DNA of 64,000 nt from Planctomycetota bacterium (GTDB lineage Bacteria > Planctomycetota > GCA-002687715 > CAIWVZ01). Position numbers and translations under genes: made by a program. The number at the start of each line of letters is the position of its first letter. Position 1 is the stretch's first letter. The notes beneath the pieces are model-generated. The model was not told the origin of the DNA. It ran no database searches and saw nothing but the letters and a program-made list of their open reading frames with translations. The stretch is taken from contig JBGANV010000004.1 of the NCBI GenBank assembly GCA_044222185.1, forward strand, positions 472,608 through 536,607. The letters are read 5' to 3'. This document shows, piece after piece, positions 30,539 to 40,059 of the stretch.

Positions 30539-31843
30539 ATGAAAATCGCAGTCTTCGGAGCCGGGTACGTGGGGTTGGTCGCTGGCACCTGTTTCGCCGA
30601 CTCGGGCCATGACGTGACGCTCGTCGACGTGGACGAATCCCGCGTGCAGATGCTGCGCGACGGGAAGGTCCCGATCTACGAGCCGGGGCTCGAAGAACTG
30701 CTCAAGCGCAACGTCGCCGAGGAGCGGCTTGCGTTCACCACGGATGCTCCCGGTGCCGTGCGCAGCGCCGAGGTGATCTTCGTGGCGGTCGGCACCCCGC
30801 CGGACGCGCAGGGCCGCGCCGACCTGAAATACGTGATGGCGGTTGCGCGCACGATCGGGCAGAACCTGAACGGCTACAAGGTCATCGTCGACAAGTCGAC
30901 GGTGCCCGTCGGAACGGCCGATCGGGTGCGCGCAGCGATCGCATCGAACGCCCCGGAGGGCGCCCAGTTCGACGTGGTCTCGAATCCCGAGTTCTTGAAG
31001 GAAGGCGCCGCCATCGACGACTTCATGAAGCCGGACCGGGTCGTCATCGGCGCGAACAGCGATCGCGCCCGCTCGATCATGGCCGATCTGTACGCGCCAT
31101 TCGTGCGCACGAACAAGCCGATCCTCTTCATGGACGTGCGCAGCGCCGAGCTCACGAAATACGCAGCCAACGCCATGCTCGCGACCCGGATCTCGTTCAT
31201 GAACGAGATCGCGCGGCTGTGCGAGCTTCTCGGCGCCAACGTGGAGCACGTGAGGAAGGGGATCGGGACGGATTCGCGCATCGGGTTCCCGTTCCTGTTC
31301 CCGGGGCCGGGGTACGGCGGGTCGTGCTTCCCGAAGGACGTTCAGGCCCTCGTTCAAACGTCCGCGGAGGTCGGCTACGACCTCAAGATCATGAAGGCCG
31401 TCGAGGACGTGAACGACCTCCAGAAGCACCGCCTCACGGAGAAGGTCCTGAAGAAGTTCGGGAACGACCTGTCAGGGCGCACCATCTGCGTGTGGGGGCT
31501 GGCGTTCAAGCCGAACACGGACGACATCCGCGAGGCCCCGAGCCTCGTGCTGATCCGCGACCTGGTCGAGCGCGGGGCCAAGGTTCATGCGACCGACCCC
31601 GAGGCCCTGGAGTCGACGCGCCGCGCCATTGGCGACAGCGTGCGGTACTTCGAACGGAACTACGACGCCCTCACCGGCTGCGATGCCCTCGTGATCGTCA
31701 CCGAATGGAACGAGTACCGTCGCCCGAACTTCCAGCTGATCAAAGAGCGCCTTCGCACACCCGTGATCTTCGACGGCCGCAACATCTATGACCGCGGGAT
31801 CCTCGAGGGGCTGGGGATCGAGTACCACGGAATCGGCCTCTGA
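30539..31843 (+). CDS. ugd: UDP-glucose 6-dehydrogenase
   Basis: 'GAGYVGL', 'KSTVPVGT', 'NPEFL', 'GYGGSCFPKD', 'GLAFKPNTDD'. Confidence 0.95.
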   Translation: MKIAVFGAGYVGLVAGTCFADSGHDVTLVDVDESRVQMLRDGKVPIYEPGLEELLKRNVAEERLAFTTDAPGAVRSAEVIFVAVGTPPDAQGRADLKYVMAVARTIGQNLNGYKVIVDKSTVPVGTADRVRAAIASNAPEGAQFDVVSNPEFLKEGAAIDDFMKPDRVVIGANSDRARSIMADLYAPFVRTNKPILFMDVRSAELTKYAANAMLATRISFMNEIARLCELLGANVEHVRKGIGTDSRIGFPFLFPGPGYGGSCFPKDVQALVQTSAEVGYDLKIMKAVEDVNDLQKHRLTEKVLKKFGNDLSGRTICVWGLAFKPNTDDIREAPSLVLIRDLVERGAKVHATDPEALESTRRAIGDSVRYFERNYDALTGCDALVIVTEWNEYRRPNFQLIKERLRTPVIFDGRNIYDRGILEGLGIEYHGIGL

Positions 31844-31946
31844 AGGTCGGTTCGTGCGCCTCCCGGCGGGCTCGCCGGACCCGGAGCGAAAGGTCACAAA
31901 AAAATTTCGCCGTTTTCGCCGACCCCCTCGCCAATACCAGTGAACG

Positions 31947-32101
31947 TCAACGGGGCCGAACAGGAACGACCTCGAGGACGCTTCGGTCGAACAAGCGGAC
32001 GACTCGCGAGAGTCCGAAGCCAGCGAGACTGAAGCCCGCGACTTTTCGGGACCGGCACGGGGCCGGGACCGATGAAGGCAGGGGAGTCGGGGCTTCGTTG
32101 A
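31947..32101 (+). ncRNA. Candidate structured small RNA
   Basis: Terminal stem TCAACGGGGCC/GGCTTCGTTGA encloses several short hairpins; a terminator follows directly; no convincing ORF. Confidence 0.4.
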
Positions 32102-32155
32102 GGGCCGGTTCACGGGGCATGTGCGTGACCCCATGAGCCGGCCCTGACTTTTTTT
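32101..32155 (+). terminator. Rho-independent terminator-like hairpin
   Basis: AGGGCCGGTTCA...TGAGCCGGCCCT stem followed by GACTTTTTTT. Confidence 0.7.
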
Positions 32156-32251
32156 CGGCCATCTCTCGCCCCGCCAGGCTGCGCGTCCGCCGATGGCCCG
32201 GCGAGTGGATGCCGTTAGAGTCGCGGCCCGCCGTTGTTGCGGCGGCTCCAC

Positions 32252-35200
32252 ATGTCCGTCTCCGAGCCGCTCCATTCCCCGACCCGCGCCGTCCACCTGC
32301 TCACCGAGTCGGTCAGTCCCGCGGTACGCGAACGCGCGGACTCCTATCTCGGGGCCTCCCGCGTGGACTTCGTCGGACCCACGCTCGTTCGGGGGTGCGC
32401 CTCCGGAAGCGATTCCTATCAGGTCACTCTGTCCCAGTCCGGGGACATGGTCTTCGTTACCTGCGACTGCCCGTACTTCACGGGGAACCCGTCCGCGTGC
32501 AAGCACATCTGGGCCATGATGCTCGTGGCCGCTCCACGAGGATTTCCGGGGCGCCTCCCCGCGAACCTCACGCCGGTCCTCGTGCCACTCCCCGAGCATC
32601 GCCTCCACGCCGACGACGAGGATGGCCGGCAGGCTCGTGAGGCGCGTTCAGCGAAGATCGTCCGGAAGACGCCGGTTCCTGCGTGGGAGCTCCAGCTTCG
32701 GCGCGCCATGGGGAGCCGCCCCGAGCGCAAACGCGTCGAGGCCGTCGTCATCCAGCGCCCGCTCGCGATGGCCTGCGTCATCGACCGGGTCGCCTCGAAC
32801 GGGCAGGTGCTCGCGCTCGATCTCCTGTTCCGCGAGACGCGCCAGGACGGCACCCCAGGTGCATTCAAATCCATGATGCTCAATCGCGCGGACGCCGGGC
32901 AGCGGCTCGATCGCGCGACGTTCCAGCTACTGGTCGGGATCATCGGAGCGGGAAGCGAGCTCTTCAACTTGAGCGACGCCATGTTCCTGTCACCGATCCC
33001 CAATCGCGTCGTGTTGCCGAGGGCTCTCGCGGAGGTCTCGCTGCCGGCGTTGTCGGCGGCGGGATGTTTGTTTGGCGGAACAGCCGGTTCCAAGGAGTGG
33101 ACCCCTCTCGCATGGGATGCCGGTGGGGCGTGGGAGCTGGCTCTCTATCTCGAGCCGGCGAAGACTCCGCCCGAGTCGTATCTCCTCGAGCCGCGACTTC
33201 GTCGGGACTCGCAGTGGCTGGGTGTCGATGCGATCGCGGCGTTGACCTCCGACGGGATCGTCGTCACGCAGTCCACGGTCGGGGCTGCGGAGCTTCGCGG
33301 CGGCGCGCACCTCGTCGACCTCACGCGAACGGACGGCCCGCTCGTCGTCCATCGCAGCGACGTCCTCCGTTTCGCCGATCACATCTTGAAGATGAAGGAC
33401 CTGCCGCCGCTCGTCCTTCCCGAGTTCGTGCGAGTTCCCGCGTCGCCGCCCGTCCCGGTGCCGTGCGCCGTGATCACGAAAGGCGAGGACCGCTCGCGCG
33501 CGAATTCGGAATTCGATGCGGCCGTCAAGTTTGCCTACGGCGAGCGCACGTATGAACTCGGCGACGTGGGGTCGGGGTGGTGCGACGAAGCGACGGCGAC
33601 CGTGACGCTCCGAAACACCGCACGGGAGAAGCAGGCGATCGACGAACTCCTCGAGTCGGGGTTCCGGCTCTCGACGGACATGAACGGGCGCCTCTCGGTC
33701 ACACTGCCGAAGGCCCGGGCGTCCGAAGCGATGCGCGCGCTCATCGCACTCGGCTGGCGTCTCGAAGCCGACGGACGCGTGTTCCGCGCGTCCGGCGCGT
33801 GGAAGCTGTCGGTGGGGTCCGGACTCGACTGGTTCGATCTGGAGGGCGGGCTCGCGTTCGGGGACGAGATCGTCCCGCTGCCGCGCCTTCTCGCGGCGAT
33901 GCGCGACGGGGAGACGACGGTTCTCTTGGGCGACGGCGCGCTCGGGATGATCCCAGAGGAGTGGCTTCGGCGCTTCGGCGGACTCGCCACGCTGGGCAAG
34001 GAGGAGGGCGAGCGGATCCGTTTCACGAGCGGGCAGGTCGGACTGCTCGACGCGATGCTCGCGGTTCAGCCCGAGATCTCGTTCGACGCCAGGTTCCGCC
34101 AGGCCCGTGAAAGGCTCGCGCAGTTCGACCGGATCTCGGCGAAGGACGAGCCCGAAGGATTCGTCGGTACGCTTCGCCCGTATCAGCGCGAGGGCCTCGG
34201 GTGGCTGTGCTTCCTCGAGGAGTTTGGCTTCGGCGGATGCCTCGCCGACGACATGGGACTCGGGAAGACGATCCAGGTGCTCGCGTACCTTCTCGCGCGC
34301 AAGCGGTCGGGCCCGGCCCTCGTCGTCTGTCCGCGGTCGCTCGTGTTCAACTGGACGGCCGAGGCGAAGCGCTTTGCACCGGGGCTGCGTGTCCTCGATC
34401 ACAGTCATGCGGAACGCGGAGTGCCTGGCGACCACTTCGACGAGCACGACCTCGTTCTCACCACGTACGGCATCTTGCGGCGAGACATCACGCAGCTCCG
34501 CGAGCGTGAGTTCGACGTCGTGATTCTCGATGAGGCGCAGTCGATCAAGAACGCGGGGACGGAGGCGGCGAAGGCGGCGCGGCTGCTGAATGGGCGGCAT
34601 CGCCTCGCGCTCAGTGGCACGCCCATCGAGAATCGCCTCTCCGAGCTGTGGAGTCTGTTCGAGTTCCTGAACCCTGGCCTGCTCGGGGCGGCGAAGGCGT
34701 TCGACTCTTTGGCGGCCGCGGCGTCCGACCCCCAGTCGTTGACTGCCGTTTCGCGGGCCGTCCGGCCGTACATCCTTCGCCGGACGAAGGACCAGGTCGT
34801 GAAAGACCTGCCCAAGAAACTGGAGCAGACGCTGGTTTGTGAGCTGGAGCCTGCGCAGCGCAAGCTCTACGACGAACTCCGCGATCACTACCGGTCCGCG
34901 CTCCTGGGTGAGGTCGATCGACTCGGGCTCGCGCGCGCGAAGATCCAGGTTCTCGAGGCGCTGCTCCGACTGCGTCAGGCCGCGTGCCATCCGGGACTCA
35001 TCGACAAGAAGCGAGTCTCCGACTCGTCGGCGAAGCTGGACACGCTCCTCGATCAGATCGAGGAAGTGACGGCGGAGGATCACAAACTGCTCGTGTTCTC
35101 TCAGTTCACGAGCATGTTGTCGATCGTGAAGGCGCGGTTGACGGCGAAGAAGATCGACTTCGAGTACCTGGACGGGAAGACGCGCGATCGCGAGGCGAAC

Positions 35201-35533
35201 GTATCGCGGTTTCGCAACGACCCAGGATGCCGCGTCTTCTTGATCAGCCTTCGGGCGGGCGGGCTCGGGTTGAATCTCGTCGAGGCCGACTACGTGTTTC
35301 TTCTCGATCCGTGGTGGAACCCAGCCGTCGAGGCGCAAGCCGTGGATCGCGCGCACAGAATCGGACAGACGCGCGCGGTGTTCGCGTACCGACTCATCGC
35401 GAAGGACACGGTCGAGGAGAAGGTCGTTCAACTGCAGCAGCAGAAGAAAGCGCTCGCGGACGCCATCATTCGCGCCGACGAGTCGTTGATCCGATCGCTC
35501 ACGCGCGAGGATCTCGAATTGTTGCTGTCGTGA
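32252..35533 (+). CDS. SWIM zinc finger + SNF2-family ATPase/helicase
   Basis: 'CDCP...CKH' SWIM motif; 'LADDMGLGKT', 'LDEAQ', 'SGTPIEN', 'DRAHRIGQ'. Confidence 0.93.
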   Translation: MSVSEPLHSPTRAVHLLTESVSPAVRERADSYLGASRVDFVGPTLVRGCASGSDSYQVTLSQSGDMVFVTCDCPYFTGNPSACKHIWAMMLVAAPRGFPGRLPANLTPVLVPLPEHRLHADDEDGRQAREARSAKIVRKTPVPAWELQLRRAMGSRPERKRVEAVVIQRPLAMACVIDRVASNGQVLALDLLFRETRQDGTPGAFKSMMLNRADAGQRLDRATFQLLVGIIGAGSELFNLSDAMFLSPIPNRVVLPRALAEVSLPALSAAGCLFGGTAGSKEWTPLAWDAGGAWELALYLEPAKTPPESYLLEPRLRRDSQWLGVDAIAALTSDGIVVTQSTVGAAELRGGAHLVDLTRTDGPLVVHRSDVLRFADHILKMKDLPPLVLPEFVRVPASPPVPVPCAVITKGEDRSRANSEFDAAVKFAYGERTYELGDVGSGWCDEATATVTLRNTAREKQAIDELLESGFRLSTDMNGRLSVTLPKARASEAMRALIALGWRLEADGRVFRASGAWKLSVGSGLDWFDLEGGLAFGDEIVPLPRLLAAMRDGETTVLLGDGALGMIPEEWLRRFGGLATLGKEEGERIRFTSGQVGLLDAMLAVQPEISFDARFRQARERLAQFDRISAKDEPEGFVGTLRPYQREGLGWLCFLEEFGFGGCLADDMGLGKTIQVLAYLLARKRSGPALVVCPRSLVFNWTAEAKRFAPGLRVLDHSHAERGVPGDHFDEHDLVLTTYGILRRDITQLREREFDVVILDEAQSIKNAGTEAAKAARLLNGRHRLALSGTPIENRLSELWSLFEFLNPGLLGAAKAFDSLAAAASDPQSLTAVSRAVRPYILRRTKDQVVKDLPKKLEQTLVCELEPAQRKLYDELRDHYRSALLGEVDRLGLARAKIQVLEALLRLRQAACHPGLIDKKRVSDSSAKLDTLLDQIEEVTAEDHKLLVFSQFTSMLSIVKARLTAKKIDFEYLDGKTRDREANVSRFRNDPGCRVFLISLRAGGLGLNLVEADYVFLLDPWWNPAVEAQAVDRAHRIGQTRAVFAYRLIAKDTVEEKVVQLQQQKKALADAIIRADESLIRSLTREDLELLLS

Positions 35534-35753
35534 TGCCGAGTGCTCGAACGCGAGGCTGAGACCCCATCGCACGGGCCACCTTTCGTCGGACTGGCCGCAC
35601 GCTGCCCTTCCCGGAATCGCGCCATCGTTCGGATGTACGGAGCGGGGGTCGCTCTATAGCATCCAGGTCCAGTCGTTGGACGTTCACTCGCCGGGCCGCG
35701 TGCGGAACCCTTCACTGAGCGCGCCCTGCCGGAGTCCCGACCGGAGGCTCGTG

Positions 35754-38063
35754 ATGTTCCGATTCCGACCAGGCGGGCTGTTTGCGGCGCTGGTGTGCGT
35801 ACTCGTCAGTGGGCTCACGCTCGTCCCACCACCTCCGCCGGCGTGGAAGGTGATCGGGTGGAACGACACGGGCATGCATCAGGTGGATCCCGATTACTCC
35901 GTGTTCTCGTTCCATCCGCTCGGGAACGACATCCGCGCGCAGGTGATCTCTCCGCAAGGCGTCCTGATGACGGCACCGGCTGGGATGTCGGTGACTTACG
36001 AAGCCGTCGCTGACGGCAGGGGTTCGCAGAATCGATCATCGGCCGCGAAGTCGAACTTCTGGAGTTTCGTCGGAGGGACATACGGCGCAACGCCCGCGCC
36101 GGACACCGGCCTCGCGGGCGCCATGATGCCGGGGTCGTCGAATACGCCTCGAGCGATGAGCTTCGATCCGACGACGAACGCGTTCCGCGCCAGCGGGATC
36201 CCGGTGACTCCATTCGACGACGGCGGACACTTACGCCCGTTTCCGATGATGAAGCTCGTGCTTCGTGATCCCGCGGGCGCGCCCCTCGCCAGCACGAAGG
36301 TCGTGCTGCCCGTGTCCGACGAATTCAATTGCCGAGTCTGTCACGGATCAGGCATCGGCATCGCACAGCCAACGCACGGGTGGGCGTGGGATCCGAACGT
36401 CGACCGGGATTACCGATTGAACATCCTGCGCATTCACGACGAGTTGAACTCTGGATCACAGGCGTATGCCGCGGCGTTGTTGGCGGCCGGATATGCGCCC
36501 GCGGGACTCGAGTTGACGGCGGCGGGCGGCACGGCCGTGCGCTGTGCGAAGTGCCACGCTTCGAACGCGTATCCGGGCTCGGGCATGGCGGGAATCATGC
36601 CGCTGACCGCAGCGATCCACTCGCTGCATGCCTACGCTCCCGATCCGCAGTTCGGTGTACCGCTCGACTTCAAGAGCGACCGGAGCGCCTGCTATCGCTG
36701 CCATGCCGGTGCGAACACGCAGAGTCTCCGGGGTGTCATGGGGAACCACGTGAGCGATTACGGCACGCGAGACATCCAGTGCCAGAGCTGCCACGGCTCG
36801 ATCCTCGCCGTGGGTGCGCCGACGCGACAAGGCTGGCTCGACGAGCCCACGTGCCAGAATTGCCACACGGGAACGGCGATGAACAACAACGGTGGCATTC
36901 GGTACTCGTCGGCGTTCGACGTCAACGGGGCACTGCGCCCTGCCGCGGATCCGCGATTCGCGACGACGCCCGATGTCCCGTCCCCAGGGCACTCGCTCTA
37001 CCGGTATTCGACGGGACACGGCGGCTTGTCTTGTGAAGCCTGCCACGGGCCGGCGCACGCCGAGGTCGCGTCGTCTCAGGCGAACGACAACGTGCAGAAC
37101 GTCGCTCTGCAGGGCCATGGTGGGAAGCTTGCCGAGTGCACGGCCTGTCACGACACGCAACCGGTGACCGTGAACGGCGGGCCGCACGGAATGCATCCGA
37201 TCGGCGGCAGCTGGATCGATGGCCATGAGAACGTGGGGAGTGCCGCTCTCGCAGGCTGCCGGGATTGCCACGGCTCCGACTATCGGGGGACCGTTCTCTC
37301 GCGGATGCAGAAGACGCGCACGTTCCAAACCGATTTCGGGACCGTTACGTTCGCCGCGGGATCCCAGATCGGCTGTTACTCGTGCCACCAGGGGCCGCAG
37401 AACGAGAACGCCAATCCGAACCACAGACCCGTGGTACAGAACGCGACGGGCGTATCGCAGCTCGGCAACTCCGTCACGGTCCCGCTCTCCGTCACGGATC
37501 AGGACAATGATCCGCTCAATTTGCGAGTCGTGACCCAGCCCGCGCACGGGCGGGTCTCGTTTTCTGGAACGGACGCGATCTATGAGCCGGACCCGGGCTT
37601 CGCCGGATCGGACGCATTCACCTACCTTGCGTGGGACGGCTCGATCGACTCCAACCTCGGCTCGGTCACCATCACGCGCGGTGGGGAGTGGAGCCTCTAC
37701 GGCGACGGCGTTCCTGGCTCGACCTATCAAGCGCCCGTGATCTACCTCTCGTCGACGCCGACCATCGGTTCCACCTCCAACATCTTCGTCGAGAACTCCT
37801 CCTACATGCCGAGCACGGCGTTCCTCATTTTCTCTTCCGAGAAGGCCGCGATTGCGCCGGGTTACGGAGGCCGTTTGTTGTGTGAGCCGGAGTTCGTGGT
37901 GCCAGTGCCTCTGCCCGCGTTCGGCCTCACTCTTCAGTGGGCCATCCCCAACCTCCAGTCCCTGATCGGCGTCACGATCTACGGCCAGGTGATCGAAGTC
38001 GATCCCGGCGCCCATTTCGGTTTCTCGGCGACGCGCGGGCTTCGCGTGACCATCGGTCCGTGA
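35754..38063 (+). CDS. Secreted 9-heme cytochrome c with Ig-like domain and C-terminal beta domain
   Basis: Signal peptide; 9 CxxCH motifs (CRVCH, CAKCH, CYRCH, CQSCH, CQNCH, CEACH, CTACH, CRDCH, CYSCH); Big_9/cadherin-like 'TQPAHG...YEPDPGFAGSDAFTY'. Confidence 0.9.
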   Translation: MFRFRPGGLFAALVCVLVSGLTLVPPPPPAWKVIGWNDTGMHQVDPDYSVFSFHPLGNDIRAQVISPQGVLMTAPAGMSVTYEAVADGRGSQNRSSAAKSNFWSFVGGTYGATPAPDTGLAGAMMPGSSNTPRAMSFDPTTNAFRASGIPVTPFDDGGHLRPFPMMKLVLRDPAGAPLASTKVVLPVSDEFNCRVCHGSGIGIAQPTHGWAWDPNVDRDYRLNILRIHDELNSGSQAYAAALLAAGYAPAGLELTAAGGTAVRCAKCHASNAYPGSGMAGIMPLTAAIHSLHAYAPDPQFGVPLDFKSDRSACYRCHAGANTQSLRGVMGNHVSDYGTRDIQCQSCHGSILAVGAPTRQGWLDEPTCQNCHTGTAMNNNGGIRYSSAFDVNGALRPAADPRFATTPDVPSPGHSLYRYSTGHGGLSCEACHGPAHAEVASSQANDNVQNVALQGHGGKLAECTACHDTQPVTVNGGPHGMHPIGGSWIDGHENVGSAALAGCRDCHGSDYRGTVLSRMQKTRTFQTDFGTVTFAAGSQIGCYSCHQGPQNENANPNHRPVVQNATGVSQLGNSVTVPLSVTDQDNDPLNLRVVTQPAHGRVSFSGTDAIYEPDPGFAGSDAFTYLAWDGSIDSNLGSVTITRGGEWSLYGDGVPGSTYQAPVIYLSSTPTIGSTSNIFVENSSYMPSTAFLIFSSEKAAIAPGYGGRLLCEPEFVVPVPLPAFGLTLQWAIPNLQSLIGVTIYGQVIEVDPGAHFGFSATRGLRVTIGP

Positions 38064-38388
38064 TCCCGCACGGGGCGCGGCGCCGCCGTCTCGCCCGCGC
38101 CCTCTCCCGCCTCCGTTCGCCCTTCCGTTTCTCCGCCGGGCGCCCGCCTCCTGGGACCGCGCTGACATCGCCCCGCTCCGACTTGTTCTCTCCAACTCCC
38201 TCGGCCGATCCCCCGCGGTCCCAAGTCCGCGAGGCTGGGATTCGCCCCACTTCCCTCGCGCACCGTGTCGTTCATCGCCCGCTCGGCTCCGGTTGACCCC
38301 CCCAGACCCGAGGGTTACGATCCGGCCCCCAAGTTCTTCGCTGGGACGCCGTTGCTCGCAACATCGCCCCAGCCAGTCCAGTTCGTTT

Positions 38389-38463
38389 CGGGGCGTGGCG
38401 CAGCCTGGCTAGCGCGCTTGAATGGGGTTCAAGAGGTCGTGGGTTCAAATCCCATCGCCCCGA
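38389..38463 (+). tRNA. tRNA-Pro(GGG)
   Basis: CGGGGCG/CGCCCCG acceptor stem, CTTGA-ATGGGGT-TCAAG anticodon arm, TTCAAAT T-loop; CCA not encoded. Confidence 0.95.
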
Positions 38464-38471
38464 CTTTCGCA

Positions 38472-38512
38472 AGGCCCGACGTGTCAAAGAGATACGTCGG
38501 GCCTCGCTTTTT
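38472..38512 (+). terminator. Terminator hairpin downstream of tRNA-Pro
   Basis: 14-bp stem AGGCCCGACGTGTC/GATACGTCGGGCCT (one G-U pair), then CGCTTTTT. Confidence 0.75.
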
Positions 38513-38889
38513 CCGGCCGGCCCCGAAAACGGCTCTGTACACGCTTAGTACACGCATTCGGCGGGGAGTGCGGGGTTCCGGGGGGAGAGGGGGACTTGTG
38601 ACTCCGCGAGGCTTCACGCGGTCGCGATGGACACGACCGCCCCCCACGTGAATGCGATTCGAGCGGTCGTCCCCTCCGGCGCATCGAGGCGGCTGGCCGA
38701 GAAGCGTCACTGCGCTGACGAATATGAATGTCGGGCACGACGTCGTAGAACTCGCCAGTCGGGCCTGGACACGATTCATGCACCCGAGACCGGATCGAAA
38801 CGGTCCCGAGACCACGGGAGCGCGCCAGGACGGCTCCCGCGCGCTCGCACGGACGAGTCACGCGAGCTTCGTGTCTTCCGAATCCAGTC

Positions 38890-39549
38890 TTATCGGCGCA
38901 CGGTTCCGTTGGAAAAACGGCGAAGCAGCTCGATGCTTTCGGGCGCAATCGTCCGGAAGTTGTGAACCACGCGTTCCAGCGCCCTCGATGTACCACGATT
39001 CACAAAGGCGATCTCGGTGCGCCAGCCGCGCTCGACCGCCTTCTCGAGTGCGGGCACGTAGTCGGCATCGCCCGCAACCAGGATAAGCGTGGAGGGGCCT
39101 GCTTCCTGAAAGAGTGCGGAAGTCATGTCAACCGTAAGATACGAATCGTCTTGCTTGGATCGGTTGTTCGCGCCCAGGTAACCGCGCCGAACCGTAAATC
39201 CTTGATTCTCTGCGTTCGCCCAAAAGGTGTCGTCATCGGGAATCACTCCCGCGATATATGCACTCTTCACAGGTCGTACCACACCGTCTGCGTTTCGCGA
39301 GACCTCGGTCAAGAGCTCTCCAAAGTCAATTCGGAACTCCGGCCCTTTCAGGTCGTTCACGATTCCCCAGAAGAGGTTCTGATCATCGACAAACACGTGG
39401 ACGCATCCGTCGATGAGTTCGCGATGCGGAGGCGCTTTGCCCTGGAGCATCATGGTCGCCTTAGGGATCATGCTAAGTCGATCGATGGCCTGAGCTGTTC
39501 TGCGCTGACGACGGTTTCGTTCACTCTTGACGGGGTCGTGCCTTTTCAT
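38890..39549 (-). CDS. NYN (LabA/DUF88, PIN-like) domain protein
   Basis: 'VFVDDQN', 'KQDD', 'LVAGDADYVPAL...GWRTE'; start uncertain. Confidence 0.85.
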   Translation of the reverse strand: MKRHDPVKSERNRRQRRTAQAIDRLSMIPKATMMLQGKAPPHRELIDGCVHVFVDDQNLFWGIVNDLKGPEFRIDFGELLTEVSRNADGVVRPVKSAYIAGVIPDDDTFWANAENQGFTVRRGYLGANNRSKQDDSYLTVDMTSALFQEAGPSTLILVAGDADYVPALEKAVERGWRTEIAFVNRGTSRALERVVHNFRTIAPESIELLRRFSNGTVRR

Positions 39550-40059
39550 GGATCGTTCCATTCCAAATCGCCGGAGGATGCGATCGGCGAACGCTTCGGC
39601 GGGCGCTCGCTGAGGCGCGCGCTCGACCGGGTGCACTCGCACACAGCGTCGAAACTCGCGGCCGGGGGAGCCGTGCGATGCAATCTGCATGCCGGCTTTG
39701 AGACGGAACGCTGTGGACCCGAGAACCCACGTTTCCAATCGAGCATTGCATTCGAAGCCCGTCCTTTCCTTGAGGGTTCTCGCCCCGCCCGCGCCGCGAT
39801 CGCGCGGAAGGAGGACTCGCTGCCTGCCAAAGCGTCAGCACCCGTCGAGTTGACGTGCTGACGGCGTGCGGATGTTCCCGCCGTCTGGGTTCCGCGCCGG
39901 CTCAGAAAGGTTGTTGACATGGGGTCGTCCGCTGGACGTTGCACAAGGCAGTTCCGAGCCCAGGGCCGCAGCCGGGACGTCGAACAATCCGTGGTCGGAT
40001 GCACCTCCCCCGACCATGGGCGGGCAACGTATCCTCCACCGCCCTGAACGCTGGAGAGC

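Noticed and set aside
32252-35533. SNF2 ATPase as part of a defence system (DISARM/Zorya-like)
   Set aside because: Stand-alone SWIM-SNF2 architecture on the core side of the tRNA with no partner genes.
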